Assembly (NCBI GenBank): GCA_963785725.1
Contig: CAWAWS010000015.1
Coordinates: forward strand, 192,001-256,000
DNA length: 64,000 bases
Direction of reading: 5' to 3'
From: an uncultured delta proteobacterium
Lineage (GTDB): Bacteria > Myxococcota_A > Polyangia > Palsa-1104
How positions within the stretch are numbered: the stretch's first letter is position 1; each line of letters begins with the position of its first letter. The position numbers and the translations under genes are program-made. Positions 22,853-33,204 of this stretch are shown piece by piece. The notes beneath the pieces were generated by a model, which saw nothing but the letters and a program-made list of their open reading frames with translations, did no database searches and was not told where the DNA came from.

Positions 22853-23032
22853 TCACGGTAAGGGCAGCTCGGTCATGAACTCGATCCGATCGTGATACCC
22901 GAGCAAGTACCGACCGAGCGGGGCCAGCGCGATGCAGGCTCCGAACGTGACCAGCGTGAGGATGATCAGCCACTCCAACATGGCCGTCCCCCTCTGCCGC
23001 TCTCGCGTTCGAATCCGACCGAGCCGTTTCAT
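22853..23032 (-). CDS. Small Flp-like minor pilin (59 aa)
   Basis: MKRLGRIRTRERQRG|TAMLEWLIILTLVTFGACIAL..; ends ELPLP. Confidence 0.78.
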   Translation of the reverse strand: MKRLGRIRTRERQRGTAMLEWLIILTLVTFGACIALAPLGRYLLGYHDRIEFMTELPLP

Positions 23033-23045
23033 GTTCCCTGGCCTT

Positions 23046-23061
23046 ATCAAGTCCGATGCCA
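23046..23061 (-). promoter_or_regulatory. Sigma54-like promoter of the pilin operon
   Basis: TGGCATCGGACTTGAT: good -24 element, TTGA instead of TTGC at -12. Confidence 0.5.
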
Positions 23062-23157
23062 AGTCGAATCTCCGCGGCTGCCGTGAAAGCGGGGTGAAAA
23101 TGGGCCCGATTTCGCCCGAATTTCGAGAGACTCGCGATGGGGTTTTTCCCCCTCGGG

Positions 23158-23266
23158 CCCGAGGCTGGCAGCCTCGGGGCCGTTTGCGGATGCGCTTGCG
23201 CGGCAAGGGCCCGGGGGATTTCCCCCTCGACCATGAGGCTGGCAGCCACCCGAGACTGCCAGCCCC
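23158..23266. promoter_or_regulatory. Three related palindromes in the divergent tad intergenic region
   Basis: CCCGAGGCTG-G-CAGCCTCGGG (23158-23178), GAGGCTGGCAGCCAC (23235-23249), GAGACTGCCAGCCCC (23252-23266). Confidence 0.65.
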
Positions 23267-23334
23267 GTGCCGGAACTCCGCGCGGGACGTGGACCTCGCG
23301 GTCGAAGCCGCATCACGGACCGCTACATAGATAG

Positions 23335-23350
23335 TGGCCCCTCTCTTGTA
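23335..23350 (+). promoter_or_regulatory. Weak sigma54-like promoter of the cpaB operon
   Basis: TGGCCCCTCTCTTGTA: correct spacing, GT instead of GC at -12. Confidence 0.35.
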
Positions 23351-23400
23351 TTGGCACTCGAGCCAACGGAGCGCGGCAACGGCCGCGAAGTGTGGGGACC

Positions 23401-24176
23401 ATGAAGAAGCGTCTATTGATTGCCGTCGCCTTTGCGATCGTCTCGATGGTGTGCGGCTACATGTATATCGACGGCCTCGGGGCCGCGACCACCGGCGGCC
23501 GCAAGGTGCCGGTGCTGGTGGCGGCGGCGGAGATTCCGGCCGGCTCGCGCATCACGAAGGAGATGCTCGGGGTGCGCGAGATCCCCGAAGCCTACGTCCA
23601 TCCCGAGTCGATCACGGCCGGGCCGGCGGAAGAGGCGCGGCTCATCGGCCGGCCGCTCTTCGCCAAGCTCGCGCAAGGGCAGCCACTTTTATGGAGCGGC
23701 TTCGATGTGCAGAAGGCTGGGCCGCAGAAGCTGTCGGCCGGCATTCCGCGCCACAAGCGCGCGCTCACGCTGCCCATCGATCTGCAGGGCGGCTTCTCGG
23801 GCATGTTGCGCTCGGGCGACCACATCGACGTGCTCGGCACCTTCACCCAGGCGGCCAACCAGTCGCAGACGGTGACGCTGCTGCAGAACCTGGCGGTCTT
23901 GGCCGTGGGCGACATGCGCGGTGATGCCGAGGGGCCGACGCGCGGCTTCAACAGCGTCACCCTGGCCGTCGACCTCGACGAAGCCGAGCTGCTCGTGTTC
24001 GCGCAGCAGCGTGGCGCGCTCAGCTACGCCTTGCGCTCGGAAGGCGACTTCGAGACGGTGGCCGACATCACCGAGAAGAGCTTCGGCGACGTGCTCGACG
24101 TGCATCGCCGCCAGGCCGAGTACAAGCGCAACGCGGCTCCGTCGGCGGCGCCTGCCGCTCCGCGAGCGGGTGGCCA

Positions 24177-24180
<4 letters not shown>
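23401..24180 (+). CDS. cpaB: Flp pilus assembly protein CpaB/RcpC
   Basis: N-terminal TM; SAF domain VLVAAAEIPAGSRIT; KRALTLPID..GFSGMLRSGDHIDVL..LLQNLAVLAVG..ALRS. Confidence 0.93.
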
Positions 24181-25946
<1,766 letters not shown>

Positions 25947-26034
25947 GCGAGCGTAAGCGAGAGAACGTGAGCGTCCGGCCCGTAGGGCCAGCGGGTCGAC
26001 TGGCTTGTTCACGCTGCACCGACAAGGTGCACCG

Positions 26035-26892
26035 ATGAATCCGTCGATTTGGCTGTTACTCATGTTGGCGACGCTGGGCCTGTCGGTGTTCGGCCTCGTC
26101 GTGTTCGGCGGTCCCATCGTCGTCGCCTTCTTCGAGAGCCTGTGGGCCAAGTACGCGCGTTGGGCCGGCGGCGAGCTGAAGGTGCTGCACATGCCGATGA
26201 CGCCGGCCGCCTTCTTCGGTCGCCACGTGCTCGTCGTCCTCGGCACGATGTCGGTCGGCCTCATGATGACGACGCCGTGGAAGACCGCGATGCTGATGGC
26301 CGGCGCCGCGATCTCGCCGATCTTTTGGTTCAAGCGGCAGCGCTTCAATCGCCAGCAAGCCTTCAACGAGCAGCTCGATCCGGGCCTGCAGCTGATGGCG
26401 AACTCGGTGTTGGCGACGCAGAACCTCGTCGACGGCTTCGAGTCGCTGGCGAAGTACGGTCAGCCGCCGCTCAGCCAAGAGGCGGAGCTGTTCGTCAAAG
26501 AGCTGCGCATCGGCAACAGCATCGACGAAGCGATGGCCAACATGGCGCAGCGCTGCCACAACCGCAACGTCGACTCGGTCATCACGGCGCTCGCCATCGG
26601 TCGCCGCACCGGCGGCAACTTGCCGAAGGTGCTCGAGTCGACGGCCAAAGTGTTGCGCGAGACGATGCGCATCGAGGGCCTCATCGCCTCGAAGACGGCC
26701 GAGGGCAAGGCGTCGGGCGTCATCATGGCGGCGCTGCCGATCTTCTTCGCCGTCGTCATGTCGGTCGTCGATCCCGAGTGGATGGCGCCGCTCTACAACG
26801 ACGTCATTGGTAACTGCATCCTGGCAGGTGTCCTCGCGATGACGGTCGCGGGCGGCATGCTGATCCGCAAAGTGTCGACGATCGATGTTTAA
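26035..26892 (+). CDS. tadB: TadB inner-membrane platform protein (T2SSF family)
   Basis: FNEQL..GLQLMA, PPLSQE, IGRRTGGNLPKVLE, TAEGKASG, multiple TM segments. Confidence 0.92.
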   Translation: MNPSIWLLLMLATLGLSVFGLVVFGGPIVVAFFESLWAKYARWAGGELKVLHMPMTPAAFFGRHVLVVLGTMSVGLMMTTPWKTAMLMAGAAISPIFWFKRQRFNRQQAFNEQLDPGLQLMANSVLATQNLVDGFESLAKYGQPPLSQEAELFVKELRIGNSIDEAMANMAQRCHNRNVDSVITALAIGRRTGGNLPKVLESTAKVLRETMRIEGLIASKTAEGKASGVIMAALPIFFAVVMSVVDPEWMAPLYNDVIGNCILAGVLAMTVAGGMLIRKVSTIDV

Positions 26893-26912
26893 CCGTCGTC
26901 TCGAAATCGTGG

Positions 26913-27857
26913 GTGAACGTCATGGGTGAGCTCCTGCAAAGCTTGACGACGAATCCGTCGCTGTATTGGCTCTTCGGCGCCATCGTGTGTATGGGCGTGG
27001 CCGCCTTCGTCATCGTCATGGCGGCGGTGCCGAAGCCGCGCGCGCTGACGCACCTCATGGGCTATCGCGCGACGGCACGCCGCGAGGGCCTCGAGCAGAA
27101 CCAGTTCCTGAAGATGGCGTGGCCGCTCGTCGAATTGGGCGCGCAATATTCGTCGGGAATCGCCATGCCGGAGTGGCGGCAGAGCATGGCCAAGCTGCTG
27201 CGCGACTCGGGCGCGCCGCTCGGCCTCGACGTCGACGAGCTGGTCGGCGTCATCTTCACCAGCACAGTGGCGCTGCTCGGCCTCGCGTTCGTGGTGGCGC
27301 AGCTGCGCGGCTTCGGCTTCGGCATCTACATCTTGGCGGCGTTCATCGGCGTCTGCTTGCCGTTCATGTGGCTGAGCGAGCAGGGCAAAGAGCGCTTCAA
27401 GTCGATCAACCGCGGCCTGCCGCAGGCGCTCGACCTCGTCGTCATGGCCATGGGCGCCGGCCTCGACTTCACCGGCTCGTTGCGCAACGTCGTCGAGCGC
27501 TGGACCGACAAGAAGGACCCGATGTTCCTCGAGCTCAGCCGCTTCTTGCACGAGCTCAGCCTCGGCAAGACGCGCCGCGAGGCGCTCGAAGACTTGGCCG
27601 TGCGCGCGCCCACCGAGCTCGTGCGCACCTTCGTCGCCAACGTCGTGCAGGCCGAGCAGCGCGGCACGCCGCTCGTCGAGATCTTGGCGATTCAGGCCGA
27701 CGTCGCGCGCACGCGCCGCTTTCAGACGGCCGAGAAAATAGCCGGTCGCGCCGGCGTCATGGTGCTTCTGCCGCTCATGTTAATCTTCATGGCAACCATC
27801 TTGGTGCTCTTCGGTGGTCTCATCGTCAAGGGCATCCGCGGGGAGCTCACGTCGTGA
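26913..27857 (+). CDS. tadC: TadC inner-membrane platform protein
   Basis: LPQALDLVVMAMGAGLDF, LGKTRREAL, QAEQRGTP, AEKIAGRA..LLPL. Confidence 0.92.
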   Translation: MNVMGELLQSLTTNPSLYWLFGAIVCMGVAAFVIVMAAVPKPRALTHLMGYRATARREGLEQNQFLKMAWPLVELGAQYSSGIAMPEWRQSMAKLLRDSGAPLGLDVDELVGVIFTSTVALLGLAFVVAQLRGFGFGIYILAAFIGVCLPFMWLSEQGKERFKSINRGLPQALDLVVMAMGAGLDFTGSLRNVVERWTDKKDPMFLELSRFLHELSLGKTRREALEDLAVRAPTELVRTFVANVVQAEQRGTPLVEILAIQADVARTRRFQTAEKIAGRAGVMVLLPLMLIFMATILVLFGGLIVKGIRGELTS

Positions 27858-28783
27858 CGCCTGAACGCGCAGTCCCGGCGCCGGCCGTCGTGCCTTCGGT
27901 GCCTTTCGAGGTCCACGTCGGCACCGTCGACGGACCGATCCGCTCGTACCAGTTCGACGCCGAGCGCATCCTCATCGGCCGCGCCAGCGACGTCGATCTG
28001 CGGGTCGCGCACTCGGCGATGGCGCGCCATCAGTTCATCATCGAGCGCATCCTGCTCGACGGCGGACCGGCGCGCTTCCGCATCGTCCTCGTCGGCGGCA
28101 CCAACCCGACCTATCTGAACGGGCAGCCGGCCGTCGAAGGCAGCTTGCAGCCGGGCGAGGAGATCGCCGTCGGACCGCTGCGCATCTCGGTGCACTCGCC
28201 GAAGAAGCGCAAAGCGGCGGCCAAGGCCTCGGGCGGCGTCCGCGAGAAGGTCGTGCTCATCGCCGGCATCCTCGGCATCGGCCTCGTCTGCTGGTGGATG
28301 TTCGGCGACTCGGATCCGCCGCCGCAGGTGAACCCGGCCGAAGTCGACGCGCCCCTGTTCCATTCGCTGCCGCCGTTGTCGTGCCCGACGTCGGACGCCT
28401 GCGCGGCGCGCGCTCGCGAGCAGTACGCCAAAGGCCGGCAGTACGAAGACCTCGTGCAAGGCGACATCGGCAACCTGTATCGCGCGTCGATCGCGTTCGC
28501 CTACGCGGCGCAGCTGCGGCAGGCGTCGAACCAGCCGATGCCGGAGATCGCCGACGCCACCGGGCGCGTCGATCGCGACGCGCGCAAGGCGCAAGAGATC
28601 CTCGAGGACGCGCGCTTCCAGCTGCGGCGCGCGCTCGCGGCCGGTGACGGCGACCGCACCGCGCATTCGCTGGCGGTCATTCAGCAGCTCGTGCCCGAGC
28701 CGGGCCATCCGATTCGGCTCGGCCTCGACAAGATTCGCCGCGACCTGGCCAAGGACAAAGACAAGGACAAGGACGATAAATGA
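27854..28783 (+). CDS. FHA-like domain + TM + periplasmic helical protein
   Basis: GTGA overlap with tadC; ILIGRASDVDLRV..MARHQ..GTNPTYLNG; TM VVLIAGILGIGLVCWWMF. Confidence 0.8.
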   Translation: MTPERAVPAPAVVPSVPFEVHVGTVDGPIRSYQFDAERILIGRASDVDLRVAHSAMARHQFIIERILLDGGPARFRIVLVGGTNPTYLNGQPAVEGSLQPGEEIAVGPLRISVHSPKKRKAAAKASGGVREKVVLIAGILGIGLVCWWMFGDSDPPPQVNPAEVDAPLFHSLPPLSCPTSDACAARAREQYAKGRQYEDLVQGDIGNLYRASIAFAYAAQLRQASNQPMPEIADATGRVDRDARKAQEILEDARFQLRRALAAGDGDRTAHSLAVIQQLVPEPGHPIRLGLDKIRRDLAKDKDKDKDDK

Positions 28784-29892
28784 GCCACGGTCCGCAGCGC
28801 ATCCCGGACGCGATCTTCCAGCAGACGCTGGTCGGGTTCCTAAAGCCGATCGAGAAGTTTCTGGCCGACGATCGCGTCTCGGAGGTCATGATCAACGGGG
28901 CGCGCGAGATCTACATCGAGCGCGGCGGCAAGCTGGAGCTCTCCGGCGCCGAGTTCCCGTCCGACCACGCGCTCGAGACGGCGGTGCGCAACATCGCGCA
29001 GTTCGTCGGCAAAACCGTCGACGCCGAGCGGCCGATCTTGGACGCGCGCCTGCCCGACGGCAGCCGCGTCTGCGCCGTCTTGCCGCCGGCCGCGCGGCGC
29101 GGCATCACCGTCTCCATCCGCCGCTTCCCGAAGTCGCGCCTGACGGTGCAGGATCTCGTCAACTACGGCGCCGTCTCGGAAGGCGCGCTGGCGTTCTTGA
29201 AGCTGTGCGTCGAGATGAAGCGCAACATCCTCGTCGCCGGCGGTACCGGCTCGGGCAAGACGTCGCTGTTGAACGCGCTGTCCTCGTTCGTGTCGGCGGA
29301 CGAGCGCGTCGTCGTCATCGAGGACTCGTCCGAGGTGCAGCTGCAGCAGCCGCACGCCGTCTACTTGGAAGCGCGCCCGCCCGATCACAAAGGCCAGCAC
29401 GCGGTAACCATCCGCGACCTCTTGCGGGCGACGCTGCGACTGCGCCCCGACCGCATCATCGTCGGCGAGTGTCGCGGTGGTGAGGCGCTCGACCTCGTGC
29501 AGTCGATGACCTCCGGCCACGGCGGCTCGATGTCGACCGTCCACGCGACCCATCCGCACGACACGGTTCAGCGTTTGGAGACGTTGTGCCTGATGTCGGA
29601 GGTGGAACTGCCCTTGCATGCTTTGCGCGGACAAGTGGCCTCCGCCGTCAACATGATCGTGCAGACGAACCGTCTCAACGACGGCAGCCGCAAGATCACC
29701 GACATCGTCGAGTGCCGCGGCCTCGACGCCAAAGGCTTCTACGATCTCAATCCGCTGTTCGAGTTCCGCCAGACCGGGGTCGATCCGAAGACGAGCAAGA
29801 TTCGCGGCGCGTTGGTCGCGACCCGCAACCCGGTCAGCTTCGCCGAAGAGCTGGAGGGCCACGGCGCGACGCTGCCCGAGGAGATGATGTAA
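28780..29892 (+). CDS. cpaF: Second CpaF/TadA family ATPase (no FHA)
   Basis: SEVMING, DARLPDGSRV, GGTGSGKT, IEDSSE, LRLRPDRIIVGECRGGEA, SGHGGSMSTVHA. Confidence 0.93.
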   Translation: MSHGPQRIPDAIFQQTLVGFLKPIEKFLADDRVSEVMINGAREIYIERGGKLELSGAEFPSDHALETAVRNIAQFVGKTVDAERPILDARLPDGSRVCAVLPPAARRGITVSIRRFPKSRLTVQDLVNYGAVSEGALAFLKLCVEMKRNILVAGGTGSGKTSLLNALSSFVSADERVVVIEDSSEVQLQQPHAVYLEARPPDHKGQHAVTIRDLLRATLRLRPDRIIVGECRGGEALDLVQSMTSGHGGSMSTVHATHPHDTVQRLETLCLMSEVELPLHALRGQVASAVNMIVQTNRLNDGSRKITDIVECRGLDAKGFYDLNPLFEFRQTGVDPKTSKIRGALVATRNPVSFAEELEGHGATLPEEMM

Positions 29893-31907
29893 TGCAGGAC
29901 GAAGAAGAAAAAACGTCGATGTTTCGGCAGAATAAGCCGATCGAGCCGGAGCGCACCGTGGTCGCGGCGCCGCGTCAGGTGGCGCGCCTGAAGGCCACGC
30001 TCGAAGACGGCATGCAGACGTTTTTGCCGCTCACGTCCGCGCCCGTGACGATGACGATCGGCCGCGATCCGTCGTGCGGCTGGTACCTGCAGGACTTGAG
30101 CGTCTCGCGCATTCACGCCTCCATCCGCTGGAGCGGCGTCGCCTTGTCGATCGAGGATCACGGCTCGAGCGGCGGCACGTTCGTCGCCAACCGCCAGGTG
30201 GGGACCACCCCTTGCCTGGTGAGGCCGGGCGACTCAGTCCGGGTCGGCGACGCCATCTTCGTCCTCGAGCTCACGAGCGGCATCGCGTCCAAGGATGTCG
30301 AGCAGACGCGCATGGTGCCGAACCCGTCGCCGATGTCGTACGCGGTGACGCCGGCGCCGTCGCGTCATCAGAAGCCGGTGGAGATTCCGCTCGGCACCTC
30401 GGCCGACGACGAGCGCACGGCGTTCTCGTCCGTCGCCGCGCCGCACGCGCGAGAGGGCCGTCAGGCGGCGCACGACGAAGAGGAGCGTACGGCGTTCTCG
30501 AAGGTGGCGACGCCGGCGCGCGGGCAGCGGGCGCACGCCGAGCTGCCGTCGATCGCCGCGCTCGCCGACGAGGAGAAGACGGCGTTTCAGGTCGAGCTGC
30601 CGAACGTCGTGGTGGCGTCGGACGCGACGGAGTCCGAGGTCGAGCTGCCGATCGCCGAATCGCGGCCGCAGCGCGTCGCGCCGGCCAAGCCGGTGGCGCA
30701 CGCCAAACCGGCCCCGAAGCCTGCGCCGCCGGTGCAGCAGACGCGGCCGACCACGCCGCCGAAGGCGATCCCGGCGGTCAAGCCGGCGCCGGTCAGGCCG
30801 GTCGCGCAGCCGAAGCCGGTCGCGGCCGAGCAGCAGACGACCGAGGCCGAAATTCCGCTGCCGGAAGCGGCGCCGTGGAGCAAGCCGTCGAGCGAGCAGA
30901 CGAAGACGGCGGCCGAGCTGCCCTTGCCGGGCGCACGCGCGACGCAGCCGCGCACCGAAGCCGAAGTGCGGCTGCCGCCCGAGCAGGCGCGCACGGCGAC
31001 CAAGACGCTGCCCGCCCATCAGCTGCCGACCGAGGCCGAGATTCCGCTGCCGGAAGCCAAAGCGCGCGCGCCCTTGCCGAAGACGGAGGCCCATATTCCG
31101 CTTCCCGCCGTCGCCGCCGCTTCGCGGACGGCGTCGACGGAATCGACGGTGGCGCCGGCTTCGCCGATCGCGATTCCGGTGCGCGCGCCCGATCACGAGC
31201 CGCTCGTCTACGTGCCCGAGAGCGACGTGCTGGCTCCGACGGAGGTGACGCGCAGCTGGGCCGTCGAGACGGCGCTGGCGAAGCCGAAGGAGGGCCTGTT
31301 CGGCGCGCGTCGCGGCACCGTGAAGTCGGGCATGCCGGTCAAGAAGTCGGCCGAAGGCAAGAGCGCGATCGGCAAGCTGGCGCAGCTGGCCAAGGGCGCC
31401 GCCAAAGGCGCCAAGACGACCGCCAAGACAGCGAAGCCGTCCCAGGCGGAGTCGACGGCGAAGACATGGACGTTGTCGAGCCAGCGCAAGCGCATCTTGC
31501 TGCTCGCGGGACCGGCCCTCTTGGCGATCGTCACCTCGGCGTCGGCGTGGATGCAGGCGCCGGCGGACGCGGCGAGCGAGGCCAAGCCGGCCGGCGCCAA
31601 GCACGCCAAAGCGCATCCGGCGAACGGCGCGGCGGTCGCGAACGGCGGCGCGGCCAACGGCGCGGCTGGCAATGGAGCCGGCGGCGACGGCAACGCGCAG
31701 CCCGCGGATCCGACGGCGGCGGTGGCGCCGGCCGCGGTCGCGCCCGTCGATTCGGCCGCGCGCGACGAGCTGCTCGCCGGCGCCATTCGCGCCTACAGCG
31801 ACGGCAATCGCGCCGAAGCGTTGAACATCTTCCGGCGCATGGGACCGAACGATCCGACCGGACGCGCGATGGTGCACATCATCACGCTGCAAGCCGAGGG
31901 ACAATAA
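29892..31907 (+). CDS. FHA protein with long repetitive disordered linker and C-terminal TM/periplasmic helix (about 671 aa)
   Basis: TAATG coupling; IGRDPSC..SVSRIHA..DHGSSGGTFV; repeats (D/E)ExTAF and TEAEIPLP; TM ILLLAGPALLAIV. Confidence 0.82.
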   Translation: MQDEEEKTSMFRQNKPIEPERTVVAAPRQVARLKATLEDGMQTFLPLTSAPVTMTIGRDPSCGWYLQDLSVSRIHASIRWSGVALSIEDHGSSGGTFVANRQVGTTPCLVRPGDSVRVGDAIFVLELTSGIASKDVEQTRMVPNPSPMSYAVTPAPSRHQKPVEIPLGTSADDERTAFSSVAAPHAREGRQAAHDEEERTAFSKVATPARGQRAHAELPSIAALADEEKTAFQVELPNVVVASDATESEVELPIAESRPQRVAPAKPVAHAKPAPKPAPPVQQTRPTTPPKAIPAVKPAPVRPVAQPKPVAAEQQTTEAEIPLPEAAPWSKPSSEQTKTAAELPLPGARATQPRTEAEVRLPPEQARTATKTLPAHQLPTEAEIPLPEAKARAPLPKTEAHIPLPAVAAASRTASTESTVAPASPIAIPVRAPDHEPLVYVPESDVLAPTEVTRSWAVETALAKPKEGLFGARRGTVKSGMPVKKSAEGKSAIGKLAQLAKGAAKGAKTTAKTAKPSQAESTAKTWTLSSQRKRILLLAGPALLAIVTSASAWMQAPADAASEAKPAGAKHAKAHPANGAAVANGGAANGAAGNGAGGDGNAQPADPTAAVAPAAVAPVDSAARDELLAGAIRAYSDGNRAEALNIFRRMGPNDPTGRAMVHIITLQAEGQ

Positions 31908-31909
31908 TC

Positions 31910-32626
31910 ATGATGCGTACGACGTTGCAGCTGGCGCTGTTGGCGGCGGTTTCGGCTTGGGTGGGCTGCACGCCGCCGCCGCCGCCGCGGCCGTTCGACA
32001 TCGAGGTCAAGGTCCACACCGACGAGAACGAGCCCGTCGCCGGCGCCGCGGTCAGCGCCGGCGATCGCGCGCTCGGCACCACCGACGCCAATGGCCGGCT
32101 GCTCTTGCATTTGCGCATGAACGAGGGCGCGCACGTGGCGCTCAACGTCGAGCCGCCGCAAGGCTACAAGACGATCGACGAAGCGCGGCCGCTCGTGCTG
32201 CACCGCATTTCGCGGATGGTCGACGGCGCGGCCAAGGAAGTGCCGATGGAGCACGTCGTGCGCTTCGCGCAGCTGCAGCGGCGTTATGCCGTGCTCGTCG
32301 ACGTCGGGCAGCCGAACATGGTCGTCGAGGCGTTCGGCGCGAAGCAGGCGGTGACGAATTCCAAGGGTGTGGCGTCGTTCGTTTACAACGGCACGCCCGG
32401 CGACGAGCTGGCCGTGCGCGTGAGCAGCGACGGTCATCCCGAGCTGGCGCCGAAAGTGGTGGCGAACAGCTTCGTGCTCGCGCCGCGCTCGGAGGCGTAT
32501 CTGGTGCAAGGCCGCTTCGAGCCGGCGGCGACGACGCGTTCGCGCGCGCCGCTGTCGTCGGTCGTGGTCGTGCACAAGTACGTGCATCCGAAAGCGCCGA
32601 AGAGCACCGGTCCGCATCGCCTGTAG
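31910..32626 (+). CDS. Predicted lipoprotein with beta-sandwich (carboxypeptidase-regulatory-like) domains
   Basis: MMRTTLQLALLAAVSAWVGC lipobox; EPVAGAAV..LGTTDANG. Confidence 0.75.
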   Translation: MMRTTLQLALLAAVSAWVGCTPPPPPRPFDIEVKVHTDENEPVAGAAVSAGDRALGTTDANGRLLLHLRMNEGAHVALNVEPPQGYKTIDEARPLVLHRISRMVDGAAKEVPMEHVVRFAQLQRRYAVLVDVGQPNMVVEAFGAKQAVTNSKGVASFVYNGTPGDELAVRVSSDGHPELAPKVVANSFVLAPRSEAYLVQGRFEPAATTRSRAPLSSVVVVHKYVHPKAPKSTGPHRL

Positions 32627-32655
32627 TCGCCGTCCGCGTCGTCACGCCGTCCGCA

Positions 32656-32741
32656 CGTAATTTCCGCCCGCGCCAAGCGCCGTCTCATCCGTAATTTCCG
32701 CCCGCGCCAAGCGCCGTCTCATCCGCAATTTTCGCCCGCGC
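32656..32741. repeat. 34-bp tandem direct repeat, about 2.5 copies
   Basis: CGTAATTTCCGCCCGCGCCAAGCGCCGTCTCATC at 32656 and 32690; degenerate third copy at 32724; no spacers. Confidence 0.9.
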
Positions 32742-33204
32742 ACATCATTGTCGCCGTCTCGGTCGCGCCGCGTCCGACGGTCATCGCCGCTGGCGCGTCG
32801 TCGCCGCTGGCCGGTCGCGCCCGACGCGGCGGACGACGCGAGCGCGGTCGTCAACCGATTGGCGAGGCGTGGTGGCGGGCGCTATGAGCTGTCGCGGCGG
32901 TGGCGGCGGCGCATGCGTGCTTGCTCGTGCTCGGCTGCGCGCTCGTGTGGTGTGGCTCGATCGTGGAGCCGTGATGGCGAGATGTCTCGTGCGAGGCGTA
33001 GGCGCGCAGACCTGTGCGCGAGCAAGCACGCATGCGCCGCCTTGGCGATGGGTTCTTCGTCGCTGACAAAGTCCGTCGGCGCGAACGTTCGGCGCGCGGG
33101 CTCGCCCGGCGCGAACGGACTGTCGAGCGCGTCGCGGGCGGTTGGTTGTCGACGGATTGCGAAGCTGGAAGCGAAGGACTGAGACGGGAGGGCGGGGCGA
33201 GCGG

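Noticed and set aside
23351..23366. TTGGCACTCGAGCCAA as a sigma54 promoter
   Set aside because: Perfect -24 element but no GC or TTG at -12; may instead be a short palindrome
32656..32741. CRISPR array
   Set aside because: Repeats are head-to-tail with no spacers, and there are no cas genes
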